IMG/VR virus record: IMGVR_UViG_3300009068_000043
Coordinates: 1 to 60,691 of that record
Strand: one strand, 5' to 3'
Source of the DNA: a virus
Taxonomy: Duplodnaviria; Caudoviricetes
Length of the DNA stretch: 60,691 bases
Part shown: one piece after another, positions 35,205 to 44,073 of the stretch
Numbering within the stretch: the first letter of the stretch is position 1
Layout: each line of letters opens with the position of its first letter
The notes under the pieces: generated by a model
What the model was told of the DNA's origin: nothing
What the model saw: the letters and a program-made list of their open reading frames with translations, nothing else
Database searches by the model: none
Made by a program: the position numbers and the translations under genes

Positions 35205-35633
35205 ATGACATGGCTATATCAAAACACCCCAGTGGAGACATTGCCCGAAACATGTGTGGGATTTGTTTACTTGATCACAAATAATCTATCTGGACGCAAA
35301 TACATAGGCAAAAAACTAGCCAAGTTCTCAAAAACAACTTACCGAACAGTCAAACAAAAAAACGGCATCAAAAAGCGGAAAAAGATACACAGCAAAATCG
35401 ATAGCGATTGGCAAGAGTATTATGGGTCAAGCTCAGAATTATCCGCAGACATCCAAAAACTAGGCACCGACAATTTTACCAGAGAAATACTTTACTACTG
35501 TAACAGTAAAAGTGAATGTTCATACGTTGAAGCACGGGAACAGTTCAGTAGACAAGTATTAGAGTCACAAGATTATTACAACGGCCAGATATCTGTAAGG
35601 GTACATGGTCGGCAAATTCTAAACAAAATTTAA
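35205..35633 (+). CDS. Stand-alone GIY-YIG nuclease domain protein
   Basis: GFVYLITN..GRKYIGKK, YYGSS, FTREIL, E and YYN motifs; 142 aa with no C-terminal NUMOD DNA-binding domain. Confidence 0.8.
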   Translation: MTWLYQNTPVETLPETCVGFVYLITNNLSGRKYIGKKLAKFSKTTYRTVKQKNGIKKRKKIHSKIDSDWQEYYGSSSELSADIQKLGTDNFTREILYYCNSKSECSYVEAREQFSRQVLESQDYYNGQISVRVHGRQILNKI

Positions 35634-35639
35634 CAGGCA

Positions 35640-36050
35640 ACTAAACGACTCTGTGTTGAGTGTTTGACTCAACCCCATTGAGGAACGGTGCGATACCCGG
35701 TCTGGACTTGGGCGTCAAAGGCAATTGCTAACTAAAGGCAACAAATGGTTTGGGCTCTGTGAAATAGATACACCCCATGCTCATAGGACTTGGATTTATT
35801 ATCGGGTCACTAGGGTTCCGTTGATATGTGAAGCTAGAGTAAGGGGTACCGGTCAACCGCCTCTGTGTTGGAAACAACAATCTCTTTATAATAAATGACT
35901 GCTGTCACTCAGATGATGCATCAATTCACCGTGCATACGGTGAATTATGACCACAGTATCTAGATGATACTAAGTCAAGCAAACAAAGAAAACAAAAAAA
36001 CATTGATGAGCGCAGCGATATCAATAGACTTGCGTAGCAAGTCTCTAAAC
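35640..36050 (+). ncRNA. Candidate large structured non-coding element (about 400 nt; strand inferred)
   Basis: Largest intergenic gap in the window, with at least 8 hairpins including TGTTG-GAAA-CAACA and AATTCACCGT-GCAT-ACGGTGAATT, plus long-range complementarity ATTTATTAT/ATAATAAAT. Confidence 0.55.
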
Positions 36051-36070
36051 AAATGAACGTTTCTGTTTTA

Positions 36071-36307
36071 CTAAAAGAAAGGGAGGCCCGATTTTTTTGT
36101 TGTCTCTAAATTGTCTTTGATTAACTCATTGATAATTTCACGCTCTTGTACACCTAGAGCCATGGCTTGATCATAAGTTAGTCCACCTCGCATGAACCAA
36201 CTCATCTTGATAGCCTCCTGGCGTATGTTTTGACAATCTTTGTCCATATTGTCGACCAAGGTGCCGATCTCTTCTACACTAGAGGTCAGGAGGCGTCGAC
36301 GAAAAAA
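36071..36307 (-). CDS. Small gp51/GT-like chaperone ORF, probably expressed as a -1 frameshift extension of the gp26-like gene
   Basis: Frame is open from the T-TTT-TTC heptamer (36301-36307) to the stop at 36071: FRRRLLTSSVEEIGTLVDNMDKD...SWFMRGGLTYDQAMAL..ERE...GLPFF; no obvious Shine-Dalgarno for an independent start. Confidence 0.6.
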   Translation of the reverse strand, partial: FFRRRLLTSSVEEIGTLVDNMDKDCQNIRQEAIKMSWFMRGGLTYDQAMALGVQEREIINELIKDNLETTKKSGLPFF

Positions 36308-37122
36308 CTTGATAGATCCAGTGTAAACGGTTGTGTATACTGATGGCTACATTCTTTACACACAAGATTTAACGGTTGTACATCACTTTTTTGTTTTAAT
36401 GTAATAACGTAGTCTCTTAATTTATTGAATATCTTGCTGTCACAATTGCGTAGATAGTCTATGATAAATTCAGTTTCAGTTACCATTGCTTGTGGAGTTT
36501 TGATAGCTGCAATACTTTGGGCAATGGTTCTTAACGTAGTTTCATTGACCAACATCATGCTACGATTTAACTGTTCTAATTTTATTTTTTCTTCTGCATC
36601 ACTATTGAGCACCCGCATGGCTTGTTGTTGCTCCATCTGCATTTGATTGTTGTCATTTACAAACTTGTATGGAATAGGTTGGAACCAAAATTCTAAATCT
36701 CCGATATTCATGGAACTATCATAATCTCCAATCTTCAATCCGTCATTGACTGCACGTAAATCAACACTGATCAACTCGTCAACACTGCATGCTGGACAGG
36801 TCACATCAAGATCCATGGCATGCCCGTAGCTGGCAATACGTATGGCCACTAACACAGCGTCAATGTCGGTTGCTGGCATGGCCCATGGATCTCTTATGCT
36901 AGGAACACAGCTTTTGATCACATTTACAGTGGCTGTGCCGTTGAATAGTGCATCTGGAGTTCGATAAGTGATTTCGTCCACACTGGTCATGGGCAACACT
37001 GGTAATTCTCCATTGGGCGGCAAAGTAAGGGTGCCTGGCGGATAAAATTTACCTTTGGATGGCAGTCGGAGATAGATCGCTGGTTGGCGAAAATATTGTG
37101 TTAATGGGTTGTTTGGTAGCAT
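36286..37122 (-). CDS. gp26: Baseplate hub assembly chaperone, T4 gp26-like
   Basis: YLRLPSKG.FY, PMT..DE, DIDAVLVAIRIASYG, two CxxC pairs (CPAC, CKEC) and C-terminal LDLSSFF; GAGGA Shine-Dalgarno. Confidence 0.75.
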   Translation of the reverse strand: MLPNNPLTQYFRQPAIYLRLPSKGKFYPPGTLTLPPNGELPVLPMTSVDEITYRTPDALFNGTATVNVIKSCVPSIRDPWAMPATDIDAVLVAIRIASYGHAMDLDVTCPACSVDELISVDLRAVNDGLKIGDYDSSMNIGDLEFWFQPIPYKFVNDNNQMQMEQQQAMRVLNSDAEEKIKLEQLNRSMMLVNETTLRTIAQSIAAIKTPQAMVTETEFIIDYLRNCDSKIFNKLRDYVITLKQKSDVQPLNLVCKECSHQYTQPFTLDLSSFFVDAS

Positions 37123-37134
37123 GTTTTTCCTCGC

Positions 37135-37140
37135 TAAATA
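37135..37140 (+). promoter_or_regulatory. Late promoter motif TAAATA
   Basis: In the divergent gap between gp26 and the tape-measure-like gene. Confidence 0.55.
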
Positions 37141-37185
37141 TAATTATGATTAAATTACCACACGGTAAAATTACAAGGACATATT

Positions 37186-39279
37186 ATGGATGATGCCGCA
37201 AAATTATTAGAACAGCAGTTGAACGGTATGCTTGAGAATTTTAGCTTAGGCTTCTCAAAAGCTGCTGGGACAATAGCAGGAGGTGCTGCTGGTCTTACCA
37301 CAGCATTGGCCAATGGCCAACAAGGTGCCAGTGTATTTAATGGTACAATACAATCAGCTGGCCAAGCGTTAACATCACTGCTGGGGCCATTGGGAGCATT
37401 AGGCACAGCATTTGGTAAACTGGGTGAGTTTGCTGGAATGTATCTTATCAAAGCTTCTCAGCAAAGCGATGCATTATTCAAAAGTTTTCAAGATCTCAGT
37501 AGAGTAGGTGGTGCTGGTGCTGAAGGCATGACAGGCGTGTTTAGCAGCATGCAGAAGTTTGGTTTGTCAATGAATCAATTGCCCGAGTTTGGAGCAATGA
37601 TTGCTCAGAACAGTGAAGCATTGGCCAAACTTGGCGGCAGTGTAAGCGAAGGAACCAAGAAGTTTGCAGACGTTGCTGCCGGTATAGAGCAGTCAGGACT
37701 ACAGTCTGAATTTCTACGTATGGGGCTGAGTACCAAAAATATCAACGAAGGCACAGCAAATTATCTAAGAATACAAACATTAACTGGTGCCAGTGCCCAA
37801 AAATCACAAGAAGCACTTACAGCTGGTGCTGCTGAATATATTACGCAACAAGACAAACTCAGCCGACTAACAGGTAAATCAGCAGAATCTTTGGCCAAAG
37901 AAGAAGAAGCACGACTGTCAGATCAACGTTATGCTGCGGTAACTAGAGATCTAGAACAAAAAGCAGCCGCTGCCAGAGCAGCAGGAGACGAAGATGGGGC
38001 CAAAGCAGCCGAAGAGCAAATTAAACAGAATCGTGAGTTAATGGCACAAACACCTGCTGCATTGAAACAAGGTGTGCAGGATTTGATGAGTGGATTTGTA
38101 AACAGTCCAGAAGCTAAAAAAATGTATACTTCATTGCCCGAGATGTCTCAGTCAATTCTCAGTCAGAATTACAAAGCCAGCGAGGTACTGACCAAAGGTG
38201 CTACTGAAGCCAGCGGCGCACTTAATAGAAATTCTGGATTAGCCAAAGCAGGCATAAGCAATTCAGTAAATGCAGATTATGCAGGAATGATTGCTCTCGA
38301 AGCTAAAAATCGACAAAAAACTGCATCAGAAAATGAGGCCGATGCTAAAAAAGCACAAGATGATTTAAGATCTGGTAAAAATTTAGATATCAACAATCAA
38401 GTGGCACTGCGACAAGCACAAACAGCAACTACCATTGCCATGGACAATCTTGTGAATTACGGTGTAAGTCCGGTGACTGCTAAATTATTAGAGTTAGCCG
38501 GTGGAATTGAAAAAGTAATTACAAAGTTACCTGAAACTGGCGAAAAAACATCAATTAAAGAAAGACCCAATCAACCTGGTTCAGGACGAGGTGTAAACAC
38601 TCCATCTGTTGCTGGATACGGTACAAATTTTAAAACTGCGGAAGCTGAAGCGTTTATAAAAAATTCTGTAAGCAAGGCATCTAAAGCTATAGGAAACCTA
38701 GGACAACGAGACCTTACTCCGCAGGAACAGGTGGATAGGGCCAAACCAAATAGTGAACCAGTCAATCGTCGCGACACTCGTTATACACCAAAACTAACGG
38801 ATGAAGACAAACAAAAATTAGTAGATAAGGTAAATCCCAAACCAGCACCAGCAGTACAAGCTGCCACTCCAGCAGCAGCACCACAAGCTAAACCAGCACC
38901 GCCTGCTCCACAAGCTAAACCAGCAGAGGTAGCACCGCAAGCCAAACCAGCAGCGCCACAACCTAAACCAGCACCAGTTGCACCCACTTCGGGCTATATC
39001 AGAATTAGCCCTCCGGATCAATTTGCTAGACCTGACCAATCATTAGCTGGACCTAAAACAACGTATCGTACAACACTGGATAATTCTCGACCAGATACCG
39101 AACGTGAAACAAAAACAAATACTGGATCTAATAACGAAACCAATCCAGAACTGACTCAAGGCATTATGGAATTGGCCAAAAACATAGGGTTGCAAACAGC
39201 TAGCACAAACGAACTAGTGGATCTCATGCGTAGAAGTGTTAATACCCAAGGCAAGATACTGCAACAGTCTAGGAATTAA
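37186..39279 (+). CDS. Tape measure-like protein
   Basis: 697 aa, Ala/Gly/Gln-rich helical composition, LSRLTGKS motif, Pro/Ala/Lys linker; adjacent to the gp26-like chaperone. Confidence 0.6.
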   Translation: MDDAAKLLEQQLNGMLENFSLGFSKAAGTIAGGAAGLTTALANGQQGASVFNGTIQSAGQALTSLLGPLGALGTAFGKLGEFAGMYLIKASQQSDALFKSFQDLSRVGGAGAEGMTGVFSSMQKFGLSMNQLPEFGAMIAQNSEALAKLGGSVSEGTKKFADVAAGIEQSGLQSEFLRMGLSTKNINEGTANYLRIQTLTGASAQKSQEALTAGAAEYITQQDKLSRLTGKSAESLAKEEEARLSDQRYAAVTRDLEQKAAAARAAGDEDGAKAAEEQIKQNRELMAQTPAALKQGVQDLMSGFVNSPEAKKMYTSLPEMSQSILSQNYKASEVLTKGATEASGALNRNSGLAKAGISNSVNADYAGMIALEAKNRQKTASENEADAKKAQDDLRSGKNLDINNQVALRQAQTATTIAMDNLVNYGVSPVTAKLLELAGGIEKVITKLPETGEKTSIKERPNQPGSGRGVNTPSVAGYGTNFKTAEAEAFIKNSVSKASKAIGNLGQRDLTPQEQVDRAKPNSEPVNRRDTRYTPKLTDEDKQKLVDKVNPKPAPAVQAATPAAAPQAKPAPPAPQAKPAEVAPQAKPAAPQPKPAPVAPTSGYIRISPPDQFARPDQSLAGPKTTYRTTLDNSRPDTERETKTNTGSNNETNPELTQGIMELAKNIGLQTASTNELVDLMRRSVNTQGKILQQSRN

Positions 39280-39282
39280 CAA

Positions 39283-39288
39283 TAAATA
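39283..39288 (+). promoter_or_regulatory. Late promoter motif TAAATA
   Basis: 7 nt upstream of the portal ATG, no Shine-Dalgarno. Confidence 0.7.
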
Positions 39289-39295
39289 ACACACT

Positions 39296-41110
39296 ATGGC
39301 AGAACCAAACAAAGGCACCGGGTGGAAAAAATACTTCAAAGTCGCAGATTTATCTGGACAAATGAGCCCAATTGCGGGTGGTAGAGATCAGGGATTACCG
39401 GGATATCCTAAAAATGATGGCCGTCGCAGCAATCAAGCAGAGTCTGATTTTAGTTTCAGAAACTATGCCAGTAGATTGCCCGAAGTATATTCGGGACACC
39501 CTAACCGTATTGAACGTTATAATCAATATGAAAACATGGATGCCGATTCGGAAGTTAATGCATGTTTAGATATCATATCTGAATTCTCTACACAGCTGAA
39601 TGAACAAAACGACACACCGTTTGATATAACATACAATGATGATCCTACAGATCACGAAGTTGAAATCATACGCAAACAGATGCAGCAGTGGGTCAAGCTG
39701 AACAAACTTGATCAGCGTATTTTTAAACTGTTCCGTAACACTATCAAGTACGGCGATCAGGTATTTGTACGTGATCCAGAAACATTTGAAATGTACTGGG
39801 TGGACATGAGCAAAGTGGTTCGAGTTATTGTTAATGAAAATGAAGGCAAACGTCCTGAACAATACATCATACGTGATATCAACCCTAACTTTCAAAACTT
39901 GACTGTGGCCGCCAAAACCACAACAGACTTCATGGTCAACCCAAGTTCAGGCGGAGCAGGCGGTATTGGTGGTAGCATGCAAGGTGGTGGATACACTGCA
40001 CCCAGTTCAGCCATGAGTGGAGTAAGCAGATTCAACCGAGCTGTGAACGAAACTTGTATTGATGCTAAACATGTGGTTCACATGAGTTTAAACGAAGGGT
40101 TAGATACATTCTGGCCTTTTGGTAAAAGTATCTTGGAAAACATTTTTAAAGTTTTCAAGCAAAAAGAATTGCTTGAAGATGCCATGTTGATCTATCGAGT
40201 ACAACGTGCCCCTGAGCGACGAATGTTCAAGATTGATGTGGGCAACATGCCCAGCCACATGGCCATGGCATTTGTGGAACGTGTGAAGAATGAAATGCAT
40301 CAACGTCGTATTCCTACATATGGTGGCGGCGGGCAGAACATCATGGATTCAAGTTATAATCCGCTCAGTATCAACGAAGACTTTTTCTTTCCAGTAGGTG
40401 CAGACGGCCGAGGCAGTTCAGTAGAAATGTTGCAAGGTGGTCAAAATCTCGGAGAAATTGACGACTTGAAGTATTTTAACAACAAAATGGCTCGTGGTCT
40501 ACGTGTGCCATCAAGCTATTTGCCTACCGGACCGGACGATTCAGACCGTACCATGCAGGATGGCAAAGTAGGAACAGCATTGATTCAAGAGTACAGATTC
40601 AATCAATATTGTGAAAGACTGCAAGCATTGATCATGCAAAAACTTGATGATGAATTCAAAATGTTCTTGCGTTGGAGAGGGTTTAATATTGATGCTGGCC
40701 TGTTCCAGATCAAGTTTAACCCACCGCAAAACTTTGCCAGCTATCGTCAAGCTGAACTAGACACTTCACGTATCACAGCATTTACCAGTTTAGAAGCATT
40801 GCCTTACATGAGCAAGAGATTCTTGCTGGAACGTTTCTTAGGGTTGACCGAAGACGAAATTCAAACCAATTCCAAGCTCTGGAAAGAAGAACGCAGCAAG
40901 CCTGAGATAGAAACATCACAAGGACAGGATCTACGTAGTGTGGGTATTACTCCAGCAGGGTTGGAGAGTGATGTTGCAATGGGTCAAGAGATGTCAAATC
41001 TAACCCCAGCTGGACAAGAAGGCATGCCAGCTGCTCCGGGCGGTACAATTGGCAACACGCCGGCAGCACAACCACCAGGCGCCGGTGCTCCAATTCCGGG
41101 TGCTGCATAA
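39296..41110 (+). CDS. gp20: Portal vertex protein
   Basis: LLEDAMLIYRVQRAPERRMFKIDVGNMP, EDFFFP..GRGSSVEML.GGQNLGEIDDLKYF..K..RGLRVP motifs of the T4 gp20 family. Confidence 0.95.
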   Translation: MAEPNKGTGWKKYFKVADLSGQMSPIAGGRDQGLPGYPKNDGRRSNQAESDFSFRNYASRLPEVYSGHPNRIERYNQYENMDADSEVNACLDIISEFSTQLNEQNDTPFDITYNDDPTDHEVEIIRKQMQQWVKLNKLDQRIFKLFRNTIKYGDQVFVRDPETFEMYWVDMSKVVRVIVNENEGKRPEQYIIRDINPNFQNLTVAAKTTTDFMVNPSSGGAGGIGGSMQGGGYTAPSSAMSGVSRFNRAVNETCIDAKHVVHMSLNEGLDTFWPFGKSILENIFKVFKQKELLEDAMLIYRVQRAPERRMFKIDVGNMPSHMAMAFVERVKNEMHQRRIPTYGGGGQNIMDSSYNPLSINEDFFFPVGADGRGSSVEMLQGGQNLGEIDDLKYFNNKMARGLRVPSSYLPTGPDDSDRTMQDGKVGTALIQEYRFNQYCERLQALIMQKLDDEFKMFLRWRGFNIDAGLFQIKFNPPQNFASYRQAELDTSRITAFTSLEALPYMSKRFLLERFLGLTEDEIQTNSKLWKEERSKPEIETSQGQDLRSVGITPAGLESDVAMGQEMSNLTPAGQEGMPAAPGGTIGNTPAAQPPGAGAPIPGAA

Positions 41111-41113
41111 ATA
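41108..41113 (+). promoter_or_regulatory. Late promoter motif TAAATA
   Basis: Overlaps the portal stop codon, 4 nt before the ATG at 41118. Confidence 0.65.
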
Positions 41114-41117
41114 TATC

Positions 41118-41336
41118 ATGATCCTCAATGAGCTTTACGAACGTAGTCCCAGTGCATATCAAGATGTAGCCGCTGATAACACTCAGCCTCACCTTGGGCA
41201 ATTGCGCAAGACCAAGCTCACACTAATGCAATTGAATAAATTGCGAAAAATGAATGATACTAGGACATTTGAGTACAATGAAAAGCTAAAAGACATTAGA
41301 ACTCAATATGCTCCACCGGCTGCTCCTCCGGCGTAA
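41118..41336 (+). CDS. Small head-module protein (72 aa)
   Basis: MILNELYE...RKTKLTLMQLNKLRKMND...QYAPP; start assigned from the TAAATA motif, between portal and core genes. Confidence 0.7.
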   Translation: MILNELYERSPSAYQDVAADNTQPHLGQLRKTKLTLMQLNKLRKMNDTRTFEYNEKLKDIRTQYAPPAAPPA

Positions 41337-41458
41337 CATTTTTGTCTTAATTGATAAAAAACCAGCCATAACTGGCATATTTTTCTTTTAATTTGTAAAT
41401 ATAGATATACATTTTGCCGGGGTGGCAAAGTTAACGAATATCTATAGGAGCCAGTTAA

Positions 41459-42304
41459 ATGAGTAAAAATCAGTTTGAAAAGTTGATTGAATATGTTATC
41501 AACGACGAAGATGCCAAAGCCAAAGAACTTTTCCATCAAATCGTAGTATCTAAGAGTCGTCAGATCTATGAGAATATCATGCAAGAGGACGAATTAGAAG
41601 AAGACAATGCCATGGGTGAAGAGCCGCCAGATACTGACGGTAATCCTCCAATGGAAGAAGGCGACGACATGATGGGCGGAAGTGCAACCGGCAAAATGAT
41701 CGATGAATTGGAAGCCGAAGAAAATGGCATGATGGAAACCGACGACGATGCTGAGTTTGATGACGAAGCAGAGTCAGACGGTGAAGATCTCACTCACGAC
41801 ATGGAACAAGATCATGACGAAATGGGCGGAGATGAAGCTGCTACAAAAGGCGATGTGATGGATCTGGCTGACAAGTTGGACGAACTCATGGCTGAATTTG
41901 AGCACATGATGGGCAACGGTGAACCCGATGCAGACAACATGGGCGACGGCATGGACGACATGGAAATTGATGCAGATGAATTTGAAACAGAAGGCATGAT
42001 GGAAAACATCACGCTTAAAGCTGCTCCAAAACCAGTGACTTCTGAACCAGCTGGAACCAACACCAAGTCTATCACTGCATTTAACAGTGGACAAGCGGGT
42101 ATGGAAGGCCGTCCTGTTCGAGCAGGTCAAAATGAAGGTGGACACCACGATACCGCTGCTTACAAAAACACCACAAAAGATCTAATTGGTAAAGTTGGTA
42201 ACTCACCTGCTCAAGCCACGCAAGATTTGAAGCCTGCTGCCAAGCCACACTTGGGTCAAGCTGCCGGTGTAAACACACGCACACCATTTCCACGTGGCAA
42301 GTAA
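41459..42304 (+). CDS. Acidic prohead core / scaffold-like protein
   Basis: Very Asp/Glu-rich, AGGAG Shine-Dalgarno, TAAATA at 41396-41401, directly upstream of the prohead protease. Confidence 0.65.
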   Translation: MSKNQFEKLIEYVINDEDAKAKELFHQIVVSKSRQIYENIMQEDELEEDNAMGEEPPDTDGNPPMEEGDDMMGGSATGKMIDELEAEENGMMETDDDAEFDDEAESDGEDLTHDMEQDHDEMGGDEAATKGDVMDLADKLDELMAEFEHMMGNGEPDADNMGDGMDDMEIDADEFETEGMMENITLKAAPKPVTSEPAGTNTKSITAFNSGQAGMEGRPVRAGQNEGGHHDTAAYKNTTKDLIGKVGNSPAQATQDLKPAAKPHLGQAAGVNTRTPFPRGK

Positions 42305-42310
42305 TCAGCA

Positions 42311-42952
42311 ATGAAATACTTACAGGAACATCTAAACTTCAACCAAGCCAAGATTCGCGTCTTGGTTGAAGATGGTCCTGACGGCGCAGGAAAGACATTG
42401 TACATGGAAGGTATATGTATCGAAGGCGGAGTAAAGAACGCCAACGAACGTGTGTATCCCGTAAATGAAATTGGTAAAGCAGTTCACAGTATCAATGAAC
42501 AACTGCGCGAAGGTTATTCGGTGCTGGGTGAAGTAGATCACCCTGAAGATTTAAAAATCAACTTAGACAGAGTCAGTCATTGCATTGAAAAAATGTGGAT
42601 GGATGGCCCTGCTGGTTACGGTAAGTTAAAAATATTACCTACACCTATGGGACAACTGGTTAAGACCATGTTGGATTCGGGTGTGAAACTCGGAGTTTCG
42701 AGCCGTGGTTCCGGTAACGTGAACGAAGGCAACGGACATGTCAGTGACTTTGAAATAGTCACTGTGGATATTGTTGCTCAGCCCAGTGCCCCGCATGCAT
42801 ATCCTCGTGCAATTTATGAAGGACTTCGAAATATGAAGTACGGTCATAAAGTGTTAGAGATTGCCAAGGACGCAGGTCAGAACAGCAAGGTACAGAGATT
42901 TTTGCGTGAGGAAGTAAAACGCCTTATCAAAGATCTCAAAATTAAGGAGTAA
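42311..42952 (+). CDS. gp21: Prohead core protease
   Basis: LYMEGI...KNANERVYP, LGEVDHP, VSH, LGVSSRGSG, DIVAQPSAP.AY. Confidence 0.95.
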   Translation: MKYLQEHLNFNQAKIRVLVEDGPDGAGKTLYMEGICIEGGVKNANERVYPVNEIGKAVHSINEQLREGYSVLGEVDHPEDLKINLDRVSHCIEKMWMDGPAGYGKLKILPTPMGQLVKTMLDSGVKLGVSSRGSGNVNEGNGHVSDFEIVTVDIVAQPSAPHAYPRAIYEGLRNMKYGHKVLEIAKDAGQNSKVQRFLREEVKRLIKDLKIKE

Positions 42953-42955
42953 AGC

Positions 42956-44053
42956 ATGCTAGATGCAATCAAACCATTGCTAGATAGCGGCCTGATCAAC
43001 GAAGACGTCAGTCGAGAACTCAACGAAGCTTGGGAATCTAAACTGACAGAAGCACGTGAACAGGTTAGAGTAGAACTACGTGAAGAGTTTGCTCAACGCT
43101 ACGAGCACGATAAGACAGTGATGGTTGAAGCCTTAGACAAGATGATGACAGAAAGTCTCACCGGTGAACTTGAAGAGTTTGCCCAAGAGAAAGCTGCCCT
43201 GCGTGAAGATCGCGTGAAGTTTCAAACCAAGATGAAAGAAAGTGCTGTGAAGTTTAACAATTTCATGGTAACAAAATTATCTGAAGAAATCAGCGAACTT
43301 CGTAAGGACCGCAAGCAGCACAATGAAGGACTAGAAAAACTAGAACACTTCATGGTGCATGCGTTGGCTCGTGAGATCCAAGAATTTGCCCAAGACAAAC
43401 GTGATGTAGTGGAAACTAAAGTACGTTTGGTGCGTGAAGCACGTGGCAAATTGGAAAATCTCAAAGCACGTTTCGTAAAAGAAAGTGCTGAAAAAATGAG
43501 TCAAGCTGTTAGTTATCATTTGAAGGCTGAACTCAGCCAGTTGCATGAAGACATCCAAGTTGCTCGTGAGAACAATTTTGGTCGTCGTATCTTTGAAGCG
43601 TATGCTGCTGAATTTGGTGCTACTCATCTCAATGAGAAAGCCGAAGTTCGCAAGTTGCAAAACATCATCGCTGCCAGAGAACATCAACTATCTGAAGCCA
43701 TTAAACTCAGCAGGAAAGCAAAAGTTCTTGTTGAGTCCAAGGAACGTGAAATACGTGTGATCCGTGAATCCAATGTGCGTCAAAACACCATGGACGATTT
43801 GCTATCTCCTCTCAACGAAGAGAAGCGCGAAGTCATGCGTAATTTACTCGAAAGTGTACAGACTCCCCGTCTGAAAAATGCTTTTGAAAAGTATCTACCA
43901 GCCGTATTAGCTGATGGCAAGTCTGTGAAAGCCCGCCAGGTGATCTCAGAAAATGTGTCAGAAGTCACTGGTAATAAAACTGCTCTGCGTCAAGACGACG
44001 ACACCGCTGACAACAGCAATGTTATCGCTATTAAGCGTCTGGCAGGGCTTTAA
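42956..44053 (+). CDS. gp22: Prohead scaffolding protein
   Basis: Coiled-coil Glu/Lys-rich 365-aa protein between protease and capsid; RRIFEAYAAEF. Confidence 0.8.
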   Translation: MLDAIKPLLDSGLINEDVSRELNEAWESKLTEAREQVRVELREEFAQRYEHDKTVMVEALDKMMTESLTGELEEFAQEKAALREDRVKFQTKMKESAVKFNNFMVTKLSEEISELRKDRKQHNEGLEKLEHFMVHALAREIQEFAQDKRDVVETKVRLVREARGKLENLKARFVKESAEKMSQAVSYHLKAELSQLHEDIQVARENNFGRRIFEAYAAEFGATHLNEKAEVRKLQNIIAAREHQLSEAIKLSRKAKVLVESKEREIRVIRESNVRQNTMDDLLSPLNEEKREVMRNLLESVQTPRLKNAFEKYLPAVLADGKSVKARQVISENVSEVTGNKTALRQDDDTADNSNVIAIKRLAGL

Positions 44054-44073
44054 TTTAAACTAAGGAGACTTAA

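Noticed and set aside
35676-35720. RNase P RNA or tmRNA (GAGGAAC resembles GAGGAAAGUCC)
   Set aside because: The remaining P4 consensus and tRNA-like ends are not present.
35205-36060. Group I or group II intron encoding the GIY-YIG protein
   Set aside because: No interrupted host gene (flanking genes are complete and convergent), and I could not identify convincing P/Q/R/S elements or a domain V. A covariance-model search is needed to exclude it fully.
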